Below, in pieces: positions 27,865 to 35,111 of a stretch of 64,000 nucleotides of DNA. Source of the stretch: a virus (lineage: Duplodnaviria > Heunggongvirae > Uroviricota > Caudoviricetes). Under the pieces are notes generated by a model. The model was not told the origin of the DNA and searched no databases. It saw only the letters and a program-made list of their open reading frames with translations. The position numbers and the translations under genes are program-made. Each line of letters opens with the position of its first letter. Positions within the stretch are counted from its first letter, which is position 1. The stretch is taken from positions 21,498-85,497 of the IMG/VR virus record IMGVR_UViG_3300033068_000287; one strand, 5' to 3'.

Positions 27865-28149
27865 ATGAAAACAACTAAACTGAATGCAAATAAATTACCA
27901 AGCGCAGTAGAAAATTTTATTCGAACAGAAAATAAAGGCCGAGTTCGCGGCTGGAAAACATGGGTTCGAATTAAAGAAATCAGTGATTTTTTTAATATTT
28001 CTGTAGATGATACTATTTCTATGGTAGAAGATAATGATAATTTGAATTTGATTATCGCGTGTAAAGAACACGGAATGATTATGGACATTCACAACAAAGA
28101 AGATTATGTCGTGGAATATGTCGGTGAAGATTTTCTATACGATGAATAA
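27865..28149 (+). CDS. hypothetical protein
   Basis: Track ORF begins at 27793. The internal ATG at 27865 (MKTTKLNANK) avoids overlap with the upstream gene. Confidence 0.4.
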   Translation: MKTTKLNANKLPSAVENFIRTENKGRVRGWKTWVRIKEISDFFNISVDDTISMVEDNDNLNLIIACKEHGMIMDIHNKEDYVVEYVGEDFLYDE

Positions 28150-28156
28150 AAATAAC

Positions 28157-28232
28157 GCCTATTAAGCTAATCTAGTGAAAGCGCCTGTCTGAAGAACAGG
28201 AGAGCCTGGAGCGAAACCAGGAATAGGCACCA
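28157..28232 (+). tRNA. tRNA-like gene, anticodon GAA (Phe-like), non-canonical T-loop AGCGAAA and D-loop without GG
   Basis: 76-nt cloverleaf: GCCTATT-AA-GCT/AATCTAGTGAA/AGC-G-CCTGT/CTGAAGA/ACAGG-AGAG-CCTGG/AGCGAAA/CCAGG-AATAGGC-A-CCA. All stems are perfectly paired. Confidence 0.5.
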
Positions 28233-28345
28233 TAAATACTAAATTATAAGTGTTTGAGAAACACTATCTGACGATGATAGAGGCAACCGCTTAAAGGGCT
28301 AATAGGATTTTCATTTAGATAAACGTCAATATTCTAAATGCGTTG

Positions 28346-28377
28346 TTGACCTAACCCTGCCGAAATGATAGTATAAT
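28346..28377 (+). promoter_or_regulatory. possible sigma70-like promoter (TTGACC ... TATAAT, 20-nt spacer) upstream of tRNA-Tyr
   Basis: gTTGACCtaaccctgccgaaatgatagTATAATtta. The spacer is longer than optimal. Confidence 0.3.
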
Positions 28378-28393
28378 TTAGTAATAATTTTTA

Positions 28394-28481
28394 GGGTAGG
28401 TAAAGTTAGGGGTTCTAACAGGCGGACTGTAAATCCGCCCTCCGTAATGGGGGAGTGGTTCGAGTCCACACCTGCCCACCA
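28394..28481 (+). tRNA. tRNA-Tyr (anticodon GUA), type II with long variable arm
   Basis: Acceptor GGGTAGG/CCTGCCC (one G-U), anticodon arm GGCGGA-CTGTAAA-TCCGCC, long variable arm, T-arm with TTCGAGT, A73-CCA. 88 nt. Confidence 0.65.
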
Positions 28482-28506
28482 TTTTTAAGATACAATAGGT
28501 TTTACT

Positions 28507-28824
28507 ATGACTTTTGACTTTGATGATTTTTTAAATATAAAAATCCAACCACCTAAAATTCTAGTTCCTAACGGAATTTTGAATAAAAAGAATATTGTAT
28601 TCACTGGTGGGTTGGTAGGAATCAAACGACAAGACGCTATTAATATGGCGCAAAAATTAGGCGCAAAGGTACAAAAGACAGTAACAGCATCAACTGATTA
28701 TGTTGTTTGTCCAGAAGACGCTAAAAGTTCTGTCAAGATGAAAAAAGCAGTTTCTATTGGAACTAAAATCTTGACCGAGGAAGATTTTGCTGATATACTA
28801 CGTTCTAATAAATTAATTATTTAA
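28507..28824 (+). CDS. standalone BRCT-domain protein
   Basis: 105 aa. Pattern VFTG.L....R.DA...A..LGA.V...V...T.YVV...S.K..KA...G..I..E..F is typical of the BRCT domain of NAD-dependent ligases. Confidence 0.5.
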   Translation: MTFDFDDFLNIKIQPPKILVPNGILNKKNIVFTGGLVGIKRQDAINMAQKLGAKVQKTVTASTDYVVCPEDAKSSVKMKKAVSIGTKILTEEDFADILRSNKLII

Positions 28825-28834
28825 GGATTTTGAA

Positions 28835-29038
28835 ATGAAAACTGATAATGCTATTTTGTTTTTGCTATTGATTGTTGTTATTCTTGCGCTGATGATTGCA
28901 GGACCAATTCTTACCATTCTATCACTAAATGCTTTGTTTGGTTTAGGTATCGGTGTGTCTGCTGCAACATATTTTAGCATGGTATGGCTGCATTTCCTGA
29001 TTATAGGCGGAATTGCTAAAGCAAAGAATACTAAATAA
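28835..29038 (+). CDS. small hydrophobic membrane peptide (67 aa, two TM segments)
   Basis: MKTDNAILFLLLIVVILALMIAGPILTILSL... It ends 7 nt before tRNA-Ala. Confidence 0.4.
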   Translation: MKTDNAILFLLLIVVILALMIAGPILTILSLNALFGLGIGVSAATYFSMVWLHFLIIGGIAKAKNTK

Positions 29039-29045
29039 TAATACT

Positions 29046-29120
29046 GGGCTTGTAGTATAATGGGTATTATACTTGACTTGCACTCATGAGAACAGGGTTC
29101 GATTCCCTGCTGGTCCACCA
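29046..29120 (+). tRNA. tRNA-Ala (anticodon UGC)
   Basis: Acceptor GGGCTTG/CTGGTCC with the G3:U70 wobble that is the Ala identity element. A73, loop CTTGCAC, T-arm CAGGG-TTCGATT-CCCTG, CCA. 75 nt. Confidence 0.65.
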
Positions 29121-29138
29121 ATTAGAAAGATATAATAA

Positions 29139-29327
29139 TTGATAACAATGTATTTAATATTTGCTATCATGACGTATCTTGTAATTTATGATAGAATTAA
29201 TACTGCTGCTAAGTTTGGTTTATTAGAAAATATTAAAACTGATAAAGATGTGAACGCGCTGGCAGTATTTTTAAGTTTATTATGGCCTATAGTCATCATA
29301 GTGTTTATGGTGATGCCTAAAAAATAA
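29139..29327 (+). CDS. small hydrophobic membrane peptide (62 aa)
   Basis: MITMYLIFAIMTYLVIY...LWPIVIIVFMVMPKK. Confidence 0.4.
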   Translation: MITMYLIFAIMTYLVIYDRINTAAKFGLLENIKTDKDVNALAVFLSLLWPIVIIVFMVMPKK

Positions 29328-29330
29328 TAC

Positions 29331-29422
29331 GGATGGTTAAGCAGGGCGGCCCCTGTCACGGTCTTGAAAACCGATGGAACGGCGGAAGCTGTTTGGAGAT
29401 CGACACTACCAGCCATCCTCCA
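29331..29422 (+). tRNA. tRNA-Ser-like (anticodon UGA, type II) with a degenerate T-arm; possible pseudo-tRNA or atypical tRNA
   Basis: Acceptor GGATGGT(T)/(A)GCCATCC, U73-CCA. The anticodon arm CACGGTCTTGAAAACCG is nearly identical to E. coli tRNA-Ser(UGA). Variable-arm hairpin AACGGC-GGAA-GCTGTT. No TTCGA T-loop. Confidence 0.4.
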
Positions 29423-29441
29423 TTTTCAGAGAGCATATATT

Positions 29442-29798
29442 ATGGAACTAACTACAGAAGAAATGAAGCGTATTGAATCTGTTACTGGTAAAGAATATAC
29501 CAGAATTAACGCTTTTGTAGATTCAACACCACAAACTGAAGAACAGCGTACTAAAGTTGTGGATGAAGTGATTAAAGCTATAAAGGCTATCGAAAACGGC
29601 GATTTTATGGAAATCAAAAATCTTGATGGCCCTAAATGGTTTCCTATGCCGCAATGTCATATTGATGATATGGTAAACAAAACATTCAAATACAGACAGT
29701 TTCAAGTGCTGAACATGCTACATAAACAGGCAAACAAATTTGACCGTTGGTTTATGTGGAAGCAACATAAATTTAAAAGGATGATTCAAGGAAAGTGA
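29442..29798 (+). CDS. hypothetical protein
   Basis: Track ORF starts at 29364 inside the tRNA-like region. ATG 29442 (MELTTEEMKR) is preferred. Confidence 0.45.
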   Translation: MELTTEEMKRIESVTGKEYTRINAFVDSTPQTEEQRTKVVDEVIKAIKAIENGDFMEIKNLDGPKWFPMPQCHIDDMVNKTFKYRQFQVLNMLHKQANKFDRWFMWKQHKFKRMIQGK

Positions 29799-29880
29799 AC
29801 CTGGTAGGTGCCGGGGATTGTTTGCTAAACAAATCGTGCGTCAATTCGCATGGGGATCATGCCCTCCGCTTTCCGCCATA
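29789..29880 (+). other. candidate Ser-type tRNA-like element (anticodon loop TTGCTAA, GCU) with a non-canonical T-loop; low confidence
   Basis: The ends GGAAAGT ... GCTTTCC-G-CCA resemble the E. coli Ser acceptor/terminus. The 5' end overlaps the last codons of the upstream ORF. T-loop is ATCATGC. Confidence 0.25.
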
Positions 29881-29888
29881 AATAATAC

Positions 29889-30392
29889 ATGGAAGATATT
29901 ACACAATCAAAAGACTTTATTCATGCTTTAGATAGATGGTTATATAAAAATGACCAAGCATTCGCACAGAAACTTTATACATATAAAGCGAGAGTACAGT
30001 CCCAATTCAAGACATACAATAAGCCTTTATACCGCGGTATGAAAGTAGATGCTAAATTTTTAGAGGCTTCTAAATCTGCCACTGGTGTTAAATTTGATAA
30101 ATTTTCTTCATGGTCTAAAGAAAAAGACATGGCATTAAATTTTATTGACGAGGAAGGATATGCAGTAAATAGAGATAAGAATTCTACTATTGCTATTCTG
30201 ATTACAAAGAAATTTACACCGACAGACATTATTTTAGACATTCATTCCTTTGCAAATTATGTAGGATATGATACACTGAAAGAATTAGGTATGGACACTG
30301 GATTTTCTATTGGTGCAGCTATGAACGAAAAAGAAGTTCTGATTAATAGAAACGTCAAAATCACTATGAAAGATATTACTTTTGTTTCTTAG
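29889..30392 (+). CDS. putative mono-ADP-ribosyltransferase (Alt/ModA/ModB-like, R-S-ExE type)
   Basis: 167 aa. Candidate catalytic Arg (PLYRGMK), an S-x-S motif (FSSWS) and ExE (NEKEVLI) in the expected order and spacing. Confidence 0.45.
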   Translation: MEDITQSKDFIHALDRWLYKNDQAFAQKLYTYKARVQSQFKTYNKPLYRGMKVDAKFLEASKSATGVKFDKFSSWSKEKDMALNFIDEEGYAVNRDKNSTIAILITKKFTPTDIILDIHSFANYVGYDTLKELGMDTGFSIGAAMNEKEVLINRNVKITMKDITFVS

Positions 30393-30542
30393 AAAACGAA
30401 ACAGAATAAAATCAAAGACAGCATCTAAATGTAAATTTTGGTGTACGTCATGCTAAACCCCAAAAATCTATAATTATCTGTTTTTAAGCCCCAAAAAATA
30501 TATAATGAGGGGTAAAGGAAATAAATTAAAAAAGTTTTTTAT

Positions 30543-30625
30543 GCCCTAGTAACCGAATGCGGTTTCTACCCGTTTATCCGTAATTGGAGTTGCAAATGGG
30601 GGTTCGAGTCCCTCCTAGGGTGCCA
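30543..30625 (+). tRNA. tRNA-Arg-like, anticodon UCU, atypical 83-nt architecture; paralog of 27032-27114
   Basis: Acceptor GCCCTAG/CTAGGGT (G1-U72), G73-CCA, T-arm GGGGG-TTCGAGT-CCCTC, hairpin TGCGG-TTTCTAC-CCGTT. Shares conserved blocks with 27032-27114. Confidence 0.45.
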
Positions 30626-30647
30626 ATTTAACCGCGAAAGATATATT

Positions 30648-30818
30648 ATGTTCGCAATTGAAAAAGTAACACTAAAGAAACATCCTAAAAGATTATACCA
30701 AGAATTCAATCTGCGAACTTGGTGGATTCGTGATACAGAATTCTTAGATGTGCATCATAGTATCGATGCAGAAGACGAATTAACAAAAATCTTACTAAAT
30801 TATGATAGGTCAAAATAA
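30648..30818 (+). CDS. small hypothetical protein (56 aa)
   Basis: MFAIEKVTLKKHPKRLYQEF... The next gene starts at a GTG directly after its stop. Confidence 0.3.
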   Translation: MFAIEKVTLKKHPKRLYQEFNLRTWWIRDTEFLDVHHSIDAEDELTKILLNYDRSK

Positions 30819-31247
30819 GTGAATACAGAATTTAAAATTGATGATTTTTCTGGCGAATATCGCTGGTTATCTAATTTCTTTATGTCTCCTGTGGAATATG
30901 AAGGAATCGTTTACCCATCAAGTGAACACGCTTTCCAAGCTGCTAAAACAAAAAATATTAATGAGCGCGTTTCTATTTTCCATTTGCCTACACCTGGACA
31001 AGCGAAACGCCGTGGCCGTGAAATTGAATTGCGTTCTGATTGGGATGAAGTTAAATTCTCCATCATGAAAACAATTGTACGAAACAAATTTGCTAATCAT
31101 TCTGAACTAAAAGAAAAACTTATTGCAACTAAAGGAATCTTTCTAGAGGAAGGAAATACTTGGGGAGATAAAATTTGGGGAACAGTTGAAGGCAAAGGCG
31201 AAAACCATTTAGGTCGAATCCTAATGGAAATCAGAGACGAATTCTAA
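30819..31247 (+). CDS. NADAR-domain protein (YbiA/DUF1768 family, ADP-ribose N-glycosidase-like)
   Basis: 142 aa. The hallmark FSGEYRWLSNFF...YPSSEHAFQAAK...GREIELRSDW...WGDKIWG matches the YbiA/NADAR consensus. GTG start. Confidence 0.65.
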   Translation: MNTEFKIDDFSGEYRWLSNFFMSPVEYEGIVYPSSEHAFQAAKTKNINERVSIFHLPTPGQAKRRGREIELRSDWDEVKFSIMKTIVRNKFANHSELKEKLIATKGIFLEEGNTWGDKIWGTVEGKGENHLGRILMEIRDEF

Positions 31248-31252
31248 TTATA

Positions 31253-31326
31253 CTCCAGTTGGCCGATTGGCAAGGTCGTGGATTGCAAATCCACTCAAGC
31301 GGGTTCGATTCCCGCACTGGAGTCCA
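31253..31326 (+). tRNA. tRNA-Cys (anticodon GCA)
   Basis: Perfect acceptor CTCCAGT/ACTGGAG, U73 (Cys identity), anticodon arm GTGGA-TTGCAAA-TCCAC, T-arm GCGGG-TTCGATT-CCCGC, CCA. 74 nt. Confidence 0.75.
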
Positions 31327-31357
31327 TAATTTTCATAATACATTCAAAAATATTATC

Positions 31358-31385
31358 TTGACAATTCCATTAAATGGTATATACT
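31358..31385 (+). promoter_or_regulatory. sigma70-like promoter (TTGACA, 16-nt spacer, TATACT) upstream of the SPFH gene
   Basis: cTTGACAattccattaaatggtaTATACTt. Confidence 0.45.
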
Positions 31386-31439
31386 TACTTTTGAAAATGA
31401 TAACATTAACAACTAACAAAACTTAAGGAAATCTATATA

Positions 31440-32594
31440 ATGCAAAATCTATGGAAGAAAATTGGTACGGGTATGGCAGTTCTTGCTGCGCTTGTGCTGC
31501 TGGTATGTGCAGGGAAAATTCTGGAAACGAATTCTTCATCTACATATCAAATTAAACAAGCCGCAGTATCTGGTAAAATGTCCATGCGCGACACCCCAGG
31601 TATGTATCTACAATCATTCGGTTCGATTACTACATATCGTCTGTCTGATGACGTACATATCGAAGGAACAGCAGTACAGTTTCGAGACGGCTCTACCGGC
31701 GTAATTTCTGGTACAGTTAAGTTTCGTTTGCCTGGCACTGTTGAACAGCGGATGAAACTACATGCAGAAACGCAAACATATTCTAATGTGCGTGATGTTC
31801 TAGTAGAAAATTCTGTTGAAGGCGCATTGCGTCAAACTGCTAACCTTTTTGGTGCAGAGGAAGTCTATTCAACACGCCGTTCGGAATTTATTCAATTGTT
31901 CCGCGAACAGCTAGAGAATGGTATTTTCAAAACCAAAACTGGTCGTGAAGTAAACGAAATTGTGTATAACGCTGATGGTACACCTTCTGTTGCTAAACGT
32001 TCCGTTCTGAATACTTACGGTATCGAAATCGTCAACATTGAAATCAAAGCTATTGACTTTGATGAAAAGACAGACGAATTGATTAAATCCCGTAAAGAAG
32101 CAGAGCAACAAGAAACCCTTGCCCGCGCTGAAGCCGAACGTGCTAAACAAGATGCACTAACAGCAGAAGAACGTGGTAAAGCGTCTGTAGCAACTGCAAA
32201 ATATGCTGCCTTGGTAATCAAAGAATCTGAAGTTATCGAAGCACAAAAGAAAACTGCAATTGAAGAAGAAAACACACTCCAAGCATTGGAAGCAGCTAAA
32301 CAAGAAAAAGCTAATGGTGAAGCCAAAGCCTATTCTGCTAAACTTGCTGTCCAAGCCGGTTTGTCTCCTAAAGAACAAGCTGAATTTGATCGTGATACAG
32401 CCATTGGCGTTGCTAAAGCTATGTCCGGTCTACAGTTTCCATCTGTAATGGTTCTTAATCAAGGATCAACCGCAAATGGTTCAAGCCCTCTTAATCCGTT
32501 CGATGCAGTTGGTTTGAAAGCGTTCCGTGATATGGCTAAAGAAAATGAAAGCCGTACACCTACCGCGAAAACATATACACCAGTAGCGCAATAA
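31440..32594 (+). CDS. SPFH/band-7 (flotillin/YqiK-like) membrane protein with an Ala/Glu/Lys-rich coiled-coil C-terminus
   Basis: 384 aa. N-terminal TM, SPFH-like core and a long AEAERAKQDALTAEERGKA... coiled coil. Confidence 0.55.
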   Translation: MQNLWKKIGTGMAVLAALVLLVCAGKILETNSSSTYQIKQAAVSGKMSMRDTPGMYLQSFGSITTYRLSDDVHIEGTAVQFRDGSTGVISGTVKFRLPGTVEQRMKLHAETQTYSNVRDVLVENSVEGALRQTANLFGAEEVYSTRRSEFIQLFREQLENGIFKTKTGREVNEIVYNADGTPSVAKRSVLNTYGIEIVNIEIKAIDFDEKTDELIKSRKEAEQQETLARAEAERAKQDALTAEERGKASVATAKYAALVIKESEVIEAQKKTAIEEENTLQALEAAKQEKANGEAKAYSAKLAVQAGLSPKEQAEFDRDTAIGVAKAMSGLQFPSVMVLNQGSTANGSSPLNPFDAVGLKAFRDMAKENESRTPTAKTYTPVAQ

Positions 32595-32618
32595 ACAGAA
32601 AGAATAGAGGAAATCTAA

Positions 32619-32750
32619 ATGGTTGGAAGTATCTTAGTAGTTATCTGTACTTTAGTTATTCTTTGGCGTTTCCTTCCTAGTGTTATTGTTTGGGTTAATA
32701 ATGATGCTGTGAAGACCTCGAAAAAAGTAAAGCGTAAACTAAAGAAATAA
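32619..32750 (+). CDS. small membrane peptide (43 aa) downstream of the SPFH gene
   Basis: MVGSILVVICTLVILWRFLPSVIVWV... with an AGAGGA RBS. Confidence 0.3.
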   Translation: MVGSILVVICTLVILWRFLPSVIVWVNNDAVKTSKKVKRKLKK

Positions 32751-32804
32751 ATCATTAGATAGAGGGTGAAATTCCCTCTATCTTTCTCTTGAAAGGTTTA
32801 CATC

Positions 32805-33221
32805 ATGAAAACAAGATCATTACAAAATATTAATATTATTGACGTTCTAGTAGCTGCTAGAAAACATTATGACGCTAGAACATTGCAATATCAAAATCCT
32901 TCCGCAGGACGAGGAGGAGAGTGTTTATATTATTCAGAAACATCTTCCGGAAAAGAATGCCGTTGTGTAATTGGAGCAGCTATTAAACTTAAAGTTATTC
33001 AATCTATGAGTGTAGGGCAGCTTGGTTCTCCTATCTCTTATATTTTTGATGGTTATCCTATGAGATTGACCAAAGTTAAAGATTATGACGAAGAATTCGA
33101 AGAATTAGAAACGCTACAGAGATTACATGATGATGCTGTAATGTTTAGTGGTACACATTGTTCTGGAGAATTTAGAAAATATTTTTTCAGTTTAGAAAAG
33201 AAATACGGTACAAGAAAATGA
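32805..33221 (+). CDS. hypothetical protein
   Basis: 138 aa ORF. Confidence 0.45.
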   Translation: MKTRSLQNINIIDVLVAARKHYDARTLQYQNPSAGRGGECLYYSETSSGKECRCVIGAAIKLKVIQSMSVGQLGSPISYIFDGYPMRLTKVKDYDEEFEELETLQRLHDDAVMFSGTHCSGEFRKYFFSLEKKYGTRK

Positions 33222-33490
33222 AAAAAGCTAGAATTTATATCTGCGAATGTAGCGATACAAGTCATAACATTGTTATTGACCATGATGATGAAAGCATTTT
33301 TATCAGTGTAATACTTAACAATCATTCTGTGCTGAAACGAATCATTCTTGCTGTTAAGTATGTGTTTGGTATCGATTGTAAATATAACCACTATCAAGAG
33401 GTTATTCTAGACAAAGATACGGCACACGCCTTGCGCAATACACTAAGCGAAATGATTGAAGAAATCGAGAAAACAGATAATGACAACTAG
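33218..33490 (+). CDS. hypothetical protein
   Basis: 90 aa ORF, ATGA-coupled. Confidence 0.4.
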   Translation: MKKARIYICECSDTSHNIVIDHDDESIFISVILNNHSVLKRIILAVKYVFGIDCKYNHYQEVILDKDTAHALRNTLSEMIEEIEKTDNDN

Positions 33491-33737
33491 AGACTATGTT
33501 AACGATTATTTTGGTAATGAATTGCGGGTTGGTGATACTGTCGCATTCATTGAAACTGGATACCGAAATTTTATGACTGGTATCGTGGCTAAAATCAATC
33601 CTAAAAAGATAACAATCGAATGGCAGATACGACATAAAGGCTTAATGACGGATGCTGCAAAAATCCGAACGACACAGCGATTCCCAGAAGAATGCGTAAA
33701 GAATCATATTGTAGCCCCTAAATCTAGAAGATCATAA
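33456..33737 (+). CDS. hypothetical protein
   Basis: 93 aa ORF. Confidence 0.4.
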   Translation: MKKSRKQIMTTRDYVNDYFGNELRVGDTVAFIETGYRNFMTGIVAKINPKKITIEWQIRHKGLMTDAAKIRTTQRFPEECVKNHIVAPKSRRS

Positions 33738-34544
33738 ATGACAAATACCGTATATTCAAAATTTCAAAGAGATTTTATTGACCTAGAACGAAAGCATGCC
33801 GTTACAGTATTGTTGTCATGTGAAAATTCTAGCAGATCGTGGAACTATAATAGCGCAGATTCTGATAATGATGTTTTCTTTATCTATAAACAAAATGATA
33901 TCAAAGACTATGTTGGATTTGGTACATATAGAGAAACATTTTCACTAGAATCTGCTGTTGGTTGGAATTTGAAGAAAGCACTAACTCTAGCTGCTAAATC
34001 AAATACTATGCTAGTGGAACTTGTTGGTGTAGCATACACCCAGCCTCAATATTCGTATGTAGATAATTTTAAACTAAAAGCAGAATTATCTGAATTTATT
34101 CTTAGATATTATTCTCCATTTGTATTGGCTAAGTCGTATCAATCAACGGTATTTCATCATCTATCATATGATTACAATAGATTTTCTGAAGCTAGTAAAA
34201 AACAGAAACATTTGTTGGCTGGTCTAAGATCACATATTCTTTGTCATGATTATCATACCAATGGTCTTGAAAACGTTATTACGAATTATTCTAAAGATTT
34301 TCTAGATATTCATACAAAGATGTTTGATGAAGTGTATGAAACAGATTTTGTATCTATTCTTGACGCTAGACGCAATGGAGTTACTTTGGATATAGATATT
34401 CTTAATAAGAATTTAAATATCTTATTAGTAGCAAGTGCTGAACTCAAAACAGATACAGACGTTGCATCCTTCACTGGTGGTGTGCTTTCTGAACAAACTA
34501 AAAATGATGAATTAAATAGAATTTTCTACTCATTTATTTCTTGA
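33738..34544 (+). CDS. hypothetical protein, possible nucleotidyltransferase-fold (S..S..DxD pattern)
   Basis: 268 aa with ENSSRSWNYNSADSDND reminiscent of the Pol-beta NTase GS..DxD motif. Weak. Confidence 0.4.
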   Translation: MTNTVYSKFQRDFIDLERKHAVTVLLSCENSSRSWNYNSADSDNDVFFIYKQNDIKDYVGFGTYRETFSLESAVGWNLKKALTLAAKSNTMLVELVGVAYTQPQYSYVDNFKLKAELSEFILRYYSPFVLAKSYQSTVFHHLSYDYNRFSEASKKQKHLLAGLRSHILCHDYHTNGLENVITNYSKDFLDIHTKMFDEVYETDFVSILDARRNGVTLDIDILNKNLNILLVASAELKTDTDVASFTGGVLSEQTKNDELNRIFYSFIS

Positions 34545-34569
34545 CTTCCAATAAATAGTGTGATAGAAT
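34541..34569 (+). promoter_or_regulatory. sigma70-like promoter with extended -10 (TTGACT, 17-nt spacer, TGnTAGAAT)
   Basis: TTGACTtccaataaatagtgtgaTAGAAT, about 165 nt upstream of tRNA-Gly. Confidence 0.5.
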
Positions 34570-34735
34570 TACTAAATATAATATACAATATCGATGTGGT
34601 GCTAATGGTAATGTTTAGTTAGTGGAATTATCTGCAAAGATAAACTCATGCTAAGGGTTACAGTCCCGTACACGAAACAACACCGGAAGCAAGTCCGGAG
34701 AAGTTGATACCGAAATCGAAGGTATTGTATATTAC

Positions 34736-34813
34736 GCGCTTATGGTGTTTAACGGTTTAGCATGGCAGTCTTCCAAACTGATGGTCGGGGTTCGAATCCC
34801 CGTTGGCGCACCA
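34736..34813 (+). tRNA. tRNA-Gly (anticodon UCC)
   Basis: Acceptor GCGCTTA/TTGGCGC, anticodon loop CTTCCAA (as in E. coli Gly UCC), T-arm CGGGG-TTCGAAT-CCCCG, A73-CCA. 78 nt. Confidence 0.6.
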
Positions 34814-34844
34814 ATTATAAACAATGATAGAAAGTGATAAATAG

Positions 34845-35027
34845 ATGATTAAATTATTTTTAGTATTGAATGGCTTAGGACTCTTTTTTGTCGCTCTTGC
34901 TTTTGTGCTTACAGTTATGGCATTTATGGCTGGTACTGCTTTATCACAAATCTGCGTTTATATGTTCGTGAATATTATGCTGCTTTTTATGCTGTTGTAT
35001 CAGCGCAGCCAGATAAAGAACTATTAA
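34845..35027 (+). CDS. small hydrophobic membrane peptide (60 aa)
   Basis: MIKLFLVLNGLGLFFVALAFVLTVMAFMAG... Sits between tRNA-Gly and tRNA-Thr. Confidence 0.4.
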   Translation: MIKLFLVLNGLGLFFVALAFVLTVMAFMAGTALSQICVYMFVNIMLLFMLLYQRSQIKNY

Positions 35028-35035
35028 AGAATAAC

Positions 35036-35111
35036 GCCCTTGTAATTCTAATGGCTAGGAACCCTGTTTTGTAATCAGGGAGTGTGGGTTCGAATCCTAC
35101 CGAGGGCACCA
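35036..35111 (+). tRNA. tRNA-Thr (anticodon UGU)
   Basis: Acceptor GCCCTTG/CGAGGGC, anticodon stem CCCTG/CAGGG with loop TTTTGTAAT (UGU), T-arm GTGGG-TTCGAAT-CCTAC, A73-CCA. 76 nt. Confidence 0.6.
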
